A DNA stretch of 64,000 nucleotides from Bacteroidales bacterium. Lineage in GTDB: Bacteria > Bacteroidota > Bacteroidia > Bacteroidales > ML635J-15. The stretch covers positions 633,342-697,341 of the forward strand of contig OY781043.1 in the NCBI GenBank assembly GCA_963676165.1, given 5' to 3'. The translations under genes were made by a program, and so were the position numbers. This document shows positions 9,606 through 18,516 of the stretch, one piece after another (positions within the stretch are counted from its first letter, which is position 1; each line of letters begins with the position of its first letter). The notes beneath the pieces are model-generated. The model did not search any database, was not told the origin of the DNA, and saw nothing but the letters and a program-made list of their open reading frames with translations.

Positions 9606-10484
9606 ATGAAAGCATTTGTATTTCCTGGTCAGGGAGCACAGTTCCCGGGTATGGGTAAAGATCTTTACGATACCTATCCTGAGGCCAAAGAAAAGTTTGA
9701 AAAAGCGAATGAAATTCTCGGTTTCCGTATTACAGACATCATGTTTGAAGGAACTCCGGAAGAGTTGAAACAAACAAAAGTAACTCAGCCTGCAATCTTT
9801 TTGCATTCTGTAATTCGTGCTTTGGTCATGGGTGAAGATTTTGTTCCTGATATGGTTGCAGGTCATTCACTTGGTGAATTTTCTGCTTTGGTAGCAAATA
9901 AAACGTTAAGTTTTGAAGATGCACTGGTTCTTGTCTCAAAACGTGCAATGGCAATGCAAAAAGCATGTGAAATTGAGGAGTCAACTATGGCTGCAATTCT
10001 CGGACTTGATGATGCTGTTGTGGAAGAAAAATGTGCTGCAATTGATGATGTTGTTATTCCAGCGAATTACAATAGCCCAGGTCAAATCGTAATTTCAGGG
10101 TCAAAAGCAGGAATTGAACAAGCAATGGAAGTTTTGAAAGAAGCTGGTGCGAAACGTGCATTACCGCTTGCTGTTGGAGGTGCATTTCACTCTCCTTTTA
10201 TGGAGCCTGCACGCGAAGAATTAGCTCAAGCAATTAAAGAAACAAATTTTGCAGAACCAATTTGCCCAATTTATCAAAATGTTGATGGTAAGGCACATTC
10301 TAATCCTGAGGAAATTAAAGAAAATCTTATCGCTCAGCTTACAAGTCCGGTACGTTGGACTCAAATTATGACCAACATGATTGCTGATGGTGCAGATCAT
10401 TTCACCGAAATTGGTCCTGGAAAAGTACTTGCAGGATTAATTAAAAAAGTAGATCGCAAAATGCCGGTTGAAAATTTTAGTTAA
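9606..10484 (+). CDS. fabD: malonyl CoA-ACP transacylase
   Basis: MKAFVFPGQGAQFPGMG start and GHSLGEFSAL active site. The track ORF's upstream extension (9456-9605) overlaps folE and is discarded. Confidence 0.9.
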   Translation: MKAFVFPGQGAQFPGMGKDLYDTYPEAKEKFEKANEILGFRITDIMFEGTPEELKQTKVTQPAIFLHSVIRALVMGEDFVPDMVAGHSLGEFSALVANKTLSFEDALVLVSKRAMAMQKACEIEESTMAAILGLDDAVVEEKCAAIDDVVIPANYNSPGQIVISGSKAGIEQAMEVLKEAGAKRALPLAVGGAFHSPFMEPAREELAQAIKETNFAEPICPIYQNVDGKAHSNPEEIKENLIAQLTSPVRWTQIMTNMIADGADHFTEIGPGKVLAGLIKKVDRKMPVENFS

Positions 10485-10487
10485 TCA
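10454..10487 (+). repeat. direct repeat copy 1 (the last 31 nt of fabD including its stop, plus 3 nt)
   Basis: TCGCAAAATGCCGGTTGAAAATTTTAGTTAATCA matches 13444-13477 at 32 of 34 positions. Confidence 0.85.
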
Positions 10488-10508
10488 TATTTTATTTAAA
10501 TAAAAATG

Positions 10509-10545
10509 AAACTATCCGTTTATTTAGCGGGTAGTTTTTTGTTTT
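10509..10545 (+). terminator. rho-independent terminator after fabD (copy 1 side)
   Basis: ACTATCCG (10511-10518) pairs with CGGGTAGT (10528-10535) with one G-U pair, followed by TTTTTTGTTTT. Confidence 0.55.
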
Positions 10546-10740
10546 AAAAATCGTTGATTTTAGGTTTTGATTTTTAGAAGCTTCTGTAGGTTATTTCTTT
10601 TTTATGTTTTGGGAATTATAATTTATAATACTTGTTTTTCTCAATAAAGAATGTGTTATTTTTAAAGATATAATATTAATTTGCAAAATACTTTACTAGT
10701 TTGTTTAAGTGAGTGTTTTATTTCTGAATTGTTTTACACT

Positions 10741-11871
10741 ATGAAAAAAATAATTTATTTATTAAGTCTTATTTTGTTAGGTAATATTGTTTTTGCACAA
10801 GTTCCTATAGCAGATGCAGGGAATGATACTTCGTTTTGTGGTTATTACGGGGAGTTAAATGCAATGCCAAGTGTTGGCGTTGGAGAATGGTCTGTTGGAA
10901 GTCCATATGAGGACATAATCACCTTTGATGAGCCTAATAATCCAAATTCAGTAGTTCGATCTCAGATGATTACAAGTAATAATCCTACATATGATGCATT
11001 TGAGCTGGTGTGGACAGAAAGCAATGAGTACGGGACTTCTTGTGATACTATAGTTGTACATTTTTTAAGGATTCCGGTATCAAGTTTTATTGTGTATCCT
11101 GTACCTTGTTTTGGTTCTCAAGCGTTTTTTAGGGTAATTGAGGATTCTTTACCTGAAATGTATTGGAGTTTTAATGGGGGCGTGGTTGATAGTGTCTGGC
11201 AAAATAGTCTTGGGGGTGAATATGCAGCCTTTGTTCATTGGGAAAATGGTGCTGAGTCCCATGATGTTTCTTTATATGTTTTTAATACAGAAGGTTGTCG
11301 GAGTCCTGCGATTCTAGAAACAGTTTATGAGCCTTCTATTCCAGAATCAGATATACTAATTACTAATGCAACCGATGGTTTGAGTAATGGTTCCATAGAG
11401 ATTGTTTCTGATAACTTGCAATATTTTTGGCTGCATCCAGAAATTGGTCCGGAACCTGGGACAGAGATTAATAACATCATTGATTCGCTTCCTGTTGGAG
11501 AGTATTTATTGAGAAGAAGGTATGAATCTTTAAACACATACTATCATAATATTTATTTAGATTTGTTTGGTAGTTATGATTGTTATGATGAGATTTCTGT
11601 TGAAATCATTGATGTAAGTTATGTTGGAGGTGTTTCTGTTGGAGGTGAAGTAGGTGTGTTTCCAAACCCAAGCACAGGAAGTTTTGTTGTTGATATCCCT
11701 GAAGAATATAGTTGTCGTTTGACGATATTGAATATGTATGGACAAGTAGTAAAATCCGTTTTTGATTATAAGGGTGAAGAATTATTTTTAGAGAATCAGA
11801 ATCCGGGTCTTTATTTAATCATTGGCGAAAGTAAATTAGAGAGATTTACACTTCATTTAGTTTTGAAATAA
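10741..11871 (+). CDS. secreted protein with T9SS type-A C-terminal sorting domain
   Basis: Signal peptide MKKIIYLLSLILLGNIVFAQ and C-terminus VFPNPSTGSFVV...LNMYGQVV...GLYLI. The start is taken at the ATG at 10741. Confidence 0.7.
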   Translation: MKKIIYLLSLILLGNIVFAQVPIADAGNDTSFCGYYGELNAMPSVGVGEWSVGSPYEDIITFDEPNNPNSVVRSQMITSNNPTYDAFELVWTESNEYGTSCDTIVVHFLRIPVSSFIVYPVPCFGSQAFFRVIEDSLPEMYWSFNGGVVDSVWQNSLGGEYAAFVHWENGAESHDVSLYVFNTEGCRSPAILETVYEPSIPESDILITNATDGLSNGSIEIVSDNLQYFWLHPEIGPEPGTEINNIIDSLPVGEYLLRRRYESLNTYYHNIYLDLFGSYDCYDEISVEIIDVSYVGGVSVGGEVGVFPNPSTGSFVVDIPEEYSCRLTILNMYGQVVKSVFDYKGEELFLENQNPGLYLIIGESKLERFTLHLVLK

Positions 11872-12116
11872 GCACTAATTGACTTTTGATAGTTAATTCT
11901 GCTTTGTTTTTTGTGTTCAAATGCAAATGAATTTACATTTTTTGATTACATTAGATGTTTGTACTTGTGAAAGTCATATTATAATAGAGGTGATTGATTA
12001 TTTAAATTATAGATGTTATGACTGAAATTTAATGAGTTATAATTTTTTCTAGATTGTTTTAAATGATATTAATAAACAAATCTAGTGCTGAATTTGGTGC
12101 TTTATGTCATTTAATG

Positions 12117-12124
12117 TATTTTTG
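12117..12124 (+). promoter_or_regulatory. candidate -7 box TATTTTTG
   Basis: Matches TAnnTTTG and lies 30 nt upstream of the ATG at 12154. Confidence 0.3.
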
Positions 12125-12153
12125 TGTATGTTAAACTATTAAAATTTAATAAA

Positions 12154-12372
12154 ATGAAAAAAACATTAATTCTAATCGCGATTATTGGTGCTGTTGTTTC
12201 TATGTCATCATGTAAAAAAGATTACACTTGTGAATGTGTATCCACTGTTGCTGGTACATCAACAACAACAACAACTGTTTTAGAAGATCAAAAGAAAGCT
12301 GATGCTGAAACAGCTTGTAATGCCGGTGATGGAACAGTTGGAGAAATTAGCGTAGAATGCGAATTGAAGTAA
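12154..12372 (+). CDS. small lipoprotein (72 aa) with a Thr-rich core and four post-lipobox cysteines
   Basis: Lipobox MKKTLILIAIIGAVVSMSSC, then KKDYTCECVSTVAGTSTTTTTVLEDQKKADAETACNAGDGTVGEISVECELK. A strong terminator follows. Confidence 0.6.
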   Translation: MKKTLILIAIIGAVVSMSSCKKDYTCECVSTVAGTSTTTTTVLEDQKKADAETACNAGDGTVGEISVECELK

Positions 12373-12394
12373 TTCAAGTTTATTTTTAGAGGAG

Positions 12395-12424
12395 AGAGGC
12401 TATGTGAAACATAGCCTCTTTTTG
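12395..12424 (+). terminator. rho-independent terminator
   Basis: AGAGGCTATG (12395-12404) pairs perfectly with CATAGCCTCT (12410-12419) across a TGAAA loop, followed by T5. Confidence 0.85.
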
Positions 12425-12510
12425 GTGATAATTATGATGAGAGTTCAAATGTTTTGAATGTTTTCTGAGATCAATTTGCGTTTGGTATTTTCGTTGTTAT
12501 ATATTGAGAA

Positions 12511-13440
12511 ATGGAAAATCTTAAGTGGAAATATATATTTTTGCATGCGCTTCGATTTTTGTATGGAGCGGTATTTATTTATTCAGCTTTTGCGAAACTT
12601 TATCCGATAGAAGGGTTTGAGCTATTCGTTTTGGAAAATTCTTTTTTATCATGGAATCTTAGTACAGTAGCTTCACGTTTGTTAATTGCACTAGAGCTTG
12701 GTTTAGGTGTATTTCTATGGTTAAATATTTATTCCAAGCAAATTCAAAAGTTAGCAATAGCTATTCTCTCTGCTTTTACGGTTTATTTGTTGTTTTTACA
12801 TTTTTCAAAAAATAATGTTGAAAATTGTAATTGTTTTGGAAGTCACCTAGAATTAACACCTTTAGAAAGTATTTTTAAAAATATTATTTTAATAGGGATA
12901 GGGGTGTTTCTTTATAAATTTAGAACATCCTTTAGTTTTAAAAGTATTAGATCGATTACTTTTATTTTGATAGTGATTGTACTGTTAGTCCCATTTGTCC
13001 TTTCTCCCCCTGATTTTATGGTTAAACATCGATATGATAATGAAATTGAAGGAGAGCTTAATTTGCAACTGTTGGATGTTGATTTTGTTTATAATAATAA
13101 TGAATATGACTTGTCAAGTGGCAAATGGATTGTTTGTTTTTATAGTACAGGTTGTAAGTTCTGTAAGATGTCTAATAATAAAATTACTCGCTTTGTTGAG
13201 AGACATGATTTGCCTGAAAGAGTATTTATTTTCTTTTTAGGGTCAGAAAATGAAATCCAAGAGTTCTGGAATGATAGTAATTCTGATGGTTTCCCTTATG
13301 AAATACTTTCGCCTGCAGAGTTCTTTACTGTTGGAGGAAACCGTTTACCTAGTATTTTCTTTATTAATGATAAAAAAATTGAGCATCATTGCCTTTACAG
13401 AGACTTGTTTGAGGAGGATGTGACAACATTTTTAGAGTGA
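12511..13440 (+). CDS. MauE/DoxX-family membrane protein fused to a thioredoxin-like (CxxC) domain
   Basis: Four or five TM helices with a NCNCFG motif (the CxCFG motif typical of MauE). The C-terminal soluble part carries FYSTGCKFC (CxxC) and a thioredoxin-fold-like layout. Confidence 0.65.
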   Translation: MENLKWKYIFLHALRFLYGAVFIYSAFAKLYPIEGFELFVLENSFLSWNLSTVASRLLIALELGLGVFLWLNIYSKQIQKLAIAILSAFTVYLLFLHFSKNNVENCNCFGSHLELTPLESIFKNIILIGIGVFLYKFRTSFSFKSIRSITFILIVIVLLVPFVLSPPDFMVKHRYDNEIEGELNLQLLDVDFVYNNNEYDLSSGKWIVCFYSTGCKFCKMSNNKITRFVERHDLPERVFIFFLGSENEIQEFWNDSNSDGFPYEILSPAEFFTVGGNRLPSIFFINDKKIEHHCLYRDLFEEDVTTFLE

Positions 13441-13443
13441 TCT

Positions 13444-13477
13444 TCGTAAAATGCCGGTTGAAAATTGTAGTTAATCA
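13444..13477 (+). repeat. direct repeat copy 2 (orphan copy of the fabD 3' end)
   Basis: TCGTAAAATGCCGGTTGAAAATTGTAGTTAATCA still reads RKMPVENCS-stop, compared with fabD RKMPVENFS-stop. Confidence 0.85.
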
Positions 13478-13495
13478 AGCATAAAGCTTTTGAAA

Positions 13496-13520
13496 CTGCC
13501 TGTCAGCCGCAGGCAGGTTT
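13496..13520 (+). terminator. hairpin after repeat copy 2, possibly the ancestral fabD terminator
   Basis: CTGCCTG (13496-13502) pairs with CAGGCAG (13510-13516) across a 7-nt loop. The T tail (GTTT) is weak. Confidence 0.45.
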
Positions 13521-13650
13521 AGATTTCTTATGTCGAACTCACGTTATTTATTATGGATTAAATCACTGTCAATCTTTTACTTCTCTCCTTGTCAATTCGA
13601 TTTTTTGACTCAAAAATATGGGCGGTTACAATCTTGGATTGTGCCCTTTT

Positions 13651-14604
13651 TTATAGACAATTTTCAACGATTGTTTTTTGTAAATCTAATTCTGATCTCG
13701 CTTTTGAATGATCAAAATAATTTCCCAAACACAGCAAACGTCGATTCGTTTTATCCAAAGCAAACTGCGTATGAAAGGTTTTGTTTGTAAATTCAAGTAG
13801 ATTAGCAATAGCAGCTAACATCCAATTCGGTACTTGAATAAAAATTCTTTTCTTTCCATCAAACAGAGCCATTCTTTGATAAAACTCACGGTAGGTAAGG
13901 TTTTCTCCAGCAAGTAAATAAGCATCTCCAATTTTGCCTTTTTCTAAACTGTTTACAATTGCTTCTGCAGCCAATTCTGCCTGAATAAAGCTTTTCCCTC
14001 CAGATGGATGAAAAACAATAGCTTTTCTGCCGTGCTTAACAAGTTGACCACTCGATTTTCCGTTGTCCCGTTTCCCAATGATAAAGGTAGGAGCAAGTAC
14101 GATTCCCGGGAAATTTTCAGATTGTGCTTTTTCTAAAACATAGTGTTGTGCAAGGTATTTCGACCATGCATAGCCTGATTTCTTAAGCCATGGCATGAAT
14201 GAACCTGTTTCGTCTCCAGCATGTTTTTTTGTGCCATTCGTGAAGCAATTTGCAGTGCTGATGTATAAGAACCTTTCAATATTTGCTTGCTCTGCCATGT
14301 CAACCAAATATTTTGTAAACCTCAAGTTTATATCTAAAAACTCGGACATGGGTTTTGCAGATTGTCCTGTCAGTGCTGCTGCATGAATAATGTAGTGTGA
14401 TCGTTCAATATGAGGCAAAAGTAAATGTGATTCCTGTGGAGAATAATGAATCATTTCACAAGGAATGTCTTCCAAAATCTTTGCTTTGTTCTTATTTCGA
14501 CTTGGACAGATAATATGATATCCTCTTTTGCTGAGTTCTGCAGCAATATTAGCACCCAAAATACCAGTGCTTCCTGTTAGAAAAACTGTTTTGCCTTTGT
14601 TCAT
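13651..14604 (-). CDS. NAD-dependent epimerase/dehydratase family (extended SDR)
   Basis: VFLTGSTGILGANIA Rossmann motif and YAWSK (YxxxK). The start is taken at MNKGKTVF (14604). Confidence 0.8.
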   Translation of the reverse strand: MNKGKTVFLTGSTGILGANIAAELSKRGYHIICPSRNKNKAKILEDIPCEMIHYSPQESHLLLPHIERSHYIIHAAALTGQSAKPMSEFLDINLRFTKYLVDMAEQANIERFLYISTANCFTNGTKKHAGDETGSFMPWLKKSGYAWSKYLAQHYVLEKAQSENFPGIVLAPTFIIGKRDNGKSSGQLVKHGRKAIVFHPSGGKSFIQAELAAEAIVNSLEKGKIGDAYLLAGENLTYREFYQRMALFDGKKRIFIQVPNWMLAAIANLLEFTNKTFHTQFALDKTNRRLLCLGNYFDHSKARSELDLQKTIVENCL

Positions 14605-14657
14605 AAATCTGTCAGAAAGATACAAAAACATTCATTTAACCCTCCAATTTGAATTTG

Positions 14658-14665
14658 TATATTTG
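14658..14665 (+). promoter_or_regulatory. candidate -7 box TATATTTG for crcB
   Basis: Matches TAnnTTTG and lies only 17 nt upstream of the ATG at 14682. Confidence 0.3.
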
Positions 14666-14681
14666 TCAAAAATGCATTGAC

Positions 14682-15044
14682 ATGACTTGGTTATTTGTTT
14701 TTATTGGTGGAGGTTTAGGAAGCTTATCCCGTTTTGGGATGTCTCGATTAATCCATTCAAACACAGAAGGGATAAATCCGCTTGCGACCCTTGTTTCCAA
14801 TCTGTTAAGTGTCATAGTTTTGGGATTGATTCTTTTTCTTGTCTCAAAATCACGAAACTTTACAGACAATTTCCATGCACTGTTAATCGTTGGTTTTTGT
14901 GGCGGTTTTAGTACATTTTCCACCTTTAGTTTTGAGGTATTTGAACTTATGCGACAAGGAAATTATCTAATGGCCGGATTAAATGTTTTCATCAGTTTAG
15001 GGCTTGCTCTGCTCGTATTGTTTGCTCTTGCCAAAATATTGTAA
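14682..15044 (+). CDS. crcB: fluoride ion channel CrcB
   Basis: GGGLGSLSRF and GFCGGFSTFSTF motifs with four TM segments. The first ATG is at 14682. Confidence 0.85.
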   Translation: MTWLFVFIGGGLGSLSRFGMSRLIHSNTEGINPLATLVSNLLSVIVLGLILFLVSKSRNFTDNFHALLIVGFCGGFSTFSTFSFEVFELMRQGNYLMAGLNVFISLGLALLVLFALAKIL

Positions 15045-15046
15045 AT

Positions 15047-16675
15047 ATGAAGAAACTCACTATTATATTTATCACGCTTTGCTTTAGTCACTTGCTTTTT
15101 GCTCAAAATTATGAAGTACCTTCTGCCCATCCAAAATTGATTGTAGGAATCACTGTGAATCAATTACGATATGATGCATTGTATAAACTGTGGGATCAAT
15201 TTGACGAGCAGGGGTTTAAGAAAATTATTAATCAAGGGGCATATTGTCGAAATGCAAAATATGACTATTTGTTGACTCAATCAGCACCAGGTTATGCTAC
15301 CATTGTTACAGGAACAGAGCCTTCAGAACATGGCGTGGTTGCGGATTTGTGGTTTGAGCCTTTGGATGTGAAATCTGTGCATGCAGTGCAATCCCGCAGG
15401 CACGATCCTGTGGGAGTGAAAAATCGTGATAATGCATGTTCTCCAGAGCAACTTATGGCAACAAGTTTTAGTGATGAACTGAAGCTTTATTTTCATAATA
15501 AGGCAAAAGTGTTTTCTGTTTCTATGGATCCTGTGGCTGCAGTTATCAGTGGCGGATTTAAGGCTGATGCTGCTTATTGGGTAGATGATGAAACCGGTAA
15601 ATGGGTGAGTTCAACTTATTATCAAGATGAATTGCCGAAATGGGTAAAAACTTTCAATAAAAACGATTATCCATCCGTGTATTTTGAGCGTACATGGACA
15701 CCAAAAGATTCTATTTATCGTTATGCATTGCCAGATACCAGCTCGTACGAATATGGTTACGATGCAGAATACAAAACATTTCCTTACCATTATGAAGACA
15801 TACATTCTCACTTCTCTGGTGAAAAATTCATTAAAATGATTCCTGAGGGAAACACTATGACCACCGATTTTGCTGTGCATACAGTATTCGAAGAAAATTT
15901 GGGTGGCGATTTAATTACTGATGTTCTCATGGTAAACTATCATGCAACTGAAAATATCGGTCGCTATTTTGGTCCGGATGCAATTGAAATGCACGATGCA
16001 TTATTGCGTTTAGATAAAGAAATTGCTCATCTTATTCATGTGATTGAAAATCAGGTAGGGAAAAACAATGTGCTGTTTTATCTTGTTGGGAGCAGTGGTG
16101 TGAGCAACAATCCTGATTATTTGCGAAGTGAAAAATTGCCTGCGGGAAAATTTCGTCATCATTACGTTATTGCTTTGCTAAAGTCTTATTTAAATGTGCT
16201 TTACGGTGAAGGAGAATGGATAAAATCTTACCATAATCAGCAAATTTATCTTAACCGAACATTAATTGAAGATGCTGGTTTAGATTTGGCTGAAATGCAA
16301 GATAAAGTTGCTCAGTTTGTTTTGACGTCTAAAGGTGTTGCCAGCGTGCTAACAGCAACCGATCTCCAGCGGACAGAATACACAACTGGGATGTTTCGTA
16401 AAATGCAAAACTCATTTAACCAAAAACGTTCAGGAGATGTACTCATTGCGCTGAAGCCAGGTTGGATTGAAGATGTGAGTTATTCTGCCGAGCACAACTC
16501 CGGTTACACATACGACACGCATGTGCCTCTAGTTTTTTACGGTTGGAAAGTGCGTAAAACACAGGTCAATAGAGCAGTAACTCCTGCTGATATTGTGCCG
16601 TCCATTTGTAATTTAATGAACATTCCACAGCCTAGCAGCGTTAGTGGAATACCAATAGAAGAAATTTCGCGTTAA
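15047..16675 (+). CDS. alkaline phosphatase superfamily protein (nucleotide pyrophosphatase/phosphodiesterase-like), secreted
   Basis: Signal peptide, a PGYATIVTGTEPSEHG nucleophile-region motif and a C-terminal HNSGYTYDTHVP metal-site-like motif. It starts 2 nt after the crcB stop. Confidence 0.7.
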   Translation: MKKLTIIFITLCFSHLLFAQNYEVPSAHPKLIVGITVNQLRYDALYKLWDQFDEQGFKKIINQGAYCRNAKYDYLLTQSAPGYATIVTGTEPSEHGVVADLWFEPLDVKSVHAVQSRRHDPVGVKNRDNACSPEQLMATSFSDELKLYFHNKAKVFSVSMDPVAAVISGGFKADAAYWVDDETGKWVSSTYYQDELPKWVKTFNKNDYPSVYFERTWTPKDSIYRYALPDTSSYEYGYDAEYKTFPYHYEDIHSHFSGEKFIKMIPEGNTMTTDFAVHTVFEENLGGDLITDVLMVNYHATENIGRYFGPDAIEMHDALLRLDKEIAHLIHVIENQVGKNNVLFYLVGSSGVSNNPDYLRSEKLPAGKFRHHYVIALLKSYLNVLYGEGEWIKSYHNQQIYLNRTLIEDAGLDLAEMQDKVAQFVLTSKGVASVLTATDLQRTEYTTGMFRKMQNSFNQKRSGDVLIALKPGWIEDVSYSAEHNSGYTYDTHVPLVFYGWKVRKTQVNRAVTPADIVPSICNLMNIPQPSSVSGIPIEEISR

Positions 16676-16717
16676 TTCTTAAAGGATTATTGTATCTTTA
16701 TCATAAAAATTAAAATT

Positions 16718-17476
16718 ATGAAACGATTTATCATATTTAGCATTGCTTGTCTTTTTGCAATAAGCAGTTTTGCTCAAACTGAAACCAATGAGATTCCAGT
16801 TGATTCCACGGAAATGACGCAAGATTCCATCATCCCTTGGACAGGAAATTTAATTGGATTGAATGTGTATCCAGCCTTTGGAATGATAGGTGGAAGTGTT
16901 TTACCTGCATCGAAAATCTTCTTTCAATATCGACATATGTGGGAAAAAACCAATTTGCGTTTTAGCGTGAATTACATCAATTATTTTGAAGATAATGATC
17001 GCATGGATGTCATAGGTGTTGAGGATTCAACCATCTATTTTAGAGAGTTTGGAAATGTATTTTATACACTAGATTTCAGGGTAGGAGTAGAGCATGCATA
17101 TCATATGGATAATTTCCGCTTCTATTATGGAATTGGAGCTGTTGGTGGATATCATCATTTTGGGAAAACCTACCATCAATACGATCGTGCTTTTGAAGGA
17201 TATCCTGTGCAAGGAATTATTTCCCCAACTGAATATGAAAATATTGGTTGGTATCGTGCAGATATGTTAAAGGTTGGTGCCGATATTACGCTAGGTGTTG
17301 ATATTCTATTGTCAGAAAATGTAGTGATGTCTGTTCAATATGCACCTGAACTTGCATATTATTCTCGCCTTTCAAGTGAAAGAGAAGACCCTGCTGGAAT
17401 TTTTGTTGGTGATGTTGAGGATTATTTTGATTTCCGTGCAGACTTTATTGATATTGTTTTAAGTATTGGTTTTTAA
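16718..17476 (+). CDS. hypothetical outer-membrane beta-barrel-like protein
   Basis: Signal peptide ending SSFAQ, alternating aromatic/Gly-rich strands and a C-terminal aromatic residue (…LSIGF). Confidence 0.45.
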   Translation: MKRFIIFSIACLFAISSFAQTETNEIPVDSTEMTQDSIIPWTGNLIGLNVYPAFGMIGGSVLPASKIFFQYRHMWEKTNLRFSVNYINYFEDNDRMDVIGVEDSTIYFREFGNVFYTLDFRVGVEHAYHMDNFRFYYGIGAVGGYHHFGKTYHQYDRAFEGYPVQGIISPTEYENIGWYRADMLKVGADITLGVDILLSENVVMSVQYAPELAYYSRLSSEREDPAGIFVGDVEDYFDFRADFIDIVLSIGF

Positions 17477-17477
17477 T

Positions 17478-18104
17478 ATGATAACAAATTATCACAACAA
17501 ACATATTATTTTTGATTTGGGCAATGTTTTATTGCCCATTGATTTTTCTGCCCCTGTGAAAGCTTTTGCTGAAATTGGATTGAAAGATTTTGATGCCTTG
17601 TATGGGAAAATTCAGCAATCTGATTTGTTTAATCTTCTAGAAACTGGAAAAATCACAGAACAGTTTTTCCGTGATGAGATGAGACGAATTTCTGGTATTG
17701 CTTGGACTGATCAGCAGATTGATGATGCTTGGAGTGCTATCATTCTCGATTTTCGAAAAGCAACTTTTGATATGCTTGAAAAGCTTGCTGTCAATGAATC
17801 TGTCTATTTGTTGAGCAATACAAATTCCATACATTTTAAACGATACAATCAGCAAGTGATGGATAAATTCCGTGAAGGAGGTTTGTCTTCATATTTCAAG
17901 AAAGCCTATTATTCACATGATATTGGATTACGTAAACCTGGCGAGGAAATCTTTCAGTATGTGCTAAATGATTTGTCTGTCAAAGCGGATGAATGCCTTT
18001 TTATTGATGACCATCCGGATAATATTGCAACAGCAGATCGTATGGGATTTCATACTTATTTGCTATCTATTGATGAGCGAGTTGAAGAATTGTTTAACGT
18101 ATAA
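17478..18104 (+). CDS. HAD-superfamily hydrolase (subfamily IA)
   Basis: IIFDLGNVLL (DxG motif I), LLSNTN (motif II) and FIDDHPDN (motif IV). The first ATG is at 17478. Confidence 0.8.
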   Translation: MITNYHNKHIIFDLGNVLLPIDFSAPVKAFAEIGLKDFDALYGKIQQSDLFNLLETGKITEQFFRDEMRRISGIAWTDQQIDDAWSAIILDFRKATFDMLEKLAVNESVYLLSNTNSIHFKRYNQQVMDKFREGGLSSYFKKAYYSHDIGLRKPGEEIFQYVLNDLSVKADECLFIDDHPDNIATADRMGFHTYLLSIDERVEELFNV

Positions 18105-18516
18105 TTTCAACTTCCATAATACGAGTTTCGTCTTCTTGCTTAATCTCCACACGGACATATTTCTCAGGGAGTAACGACTCGACTTGTTCCGGCCATTCGA
18201 TGAAAATCTTATCCGCCATATCCAAATATTCTTCGAAACCTATTCGCATAATTTCTTCGGGTTTCTCAATGCGGTAAAAATCATAGTGACAAATCAATTT
18301 TTGTTTGTCTGTATAATATTCATTTAGGATGGCAAATGTTGGACTAGTGACGAGGTCCTCCACCTTTAAAATTTCGCACATGCTTTTGATAAAGGTTGTT
18401 TTTCCGGCACCCATATTTGCATAAAAACAAAACACTTGAAAGCTGCCAAAATCGTTTAAAAACTGTGCTGCAACCTCCGGAATAGCATCTAATGAGGGAA
18501 TACGATATGTTTTCAT
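18094..18516 (-). CDS. tsaE: tRNA threonylcarbamoyladenosine biosynthesis ATPase TsaE
   Basis: ANMGAGKTTFIKSMC P-loop and SPTFAILNEY. 140 aa. Confidence 0.85.
   Translation of the reverse strand: MKTYRIPSLDAIPEVAAQFLNDFGSFQVFCFYANMGAGKTTFIKSMCEILKVEDLVTSPTFAILNEYYTDKQKLICHYDFYRIEKPEEIMRIGFEEYLDMADKIFIEWPEQVESLLPEKYVRVEIKQEDETRIMEVEIIR

Larger units (their letters stand above)
10488..13443. other. putative inserted 3-kb AT-rich islet between the two fabD-3' repeat copies, with no recombinase gene
   Basis: Bounded by the 34-bp direct repeats. It is visibly more AT-rich than the flanks: a hand count of line 12841-12900 gives 13 G+C of 60, versus 29 of 60 for fabD line 10141-10200. It contains three separately promoted and terminated genes. 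Confidence 0.4.

Noticed and set aside
13530-13790. An 86-aa plus-strand ORF spanning the intergenic region and the 3' end of the SDR gene.
   Set aside because: It overlaps the convincing SDR gene on the opposite strand. It has no motif, no promoter box and a hydrophobic low-complexity sequence.
14605-14681. Looked for a fluoride (crcB-motif) riboswitch upstream of crcB.
   Set aside because: The 77-nt spacer lacks the conserved GGCGATG...CCGCC-type core and is mostly occupied by divergent promoter elements. A covariance-model scan is still needed for certainty.
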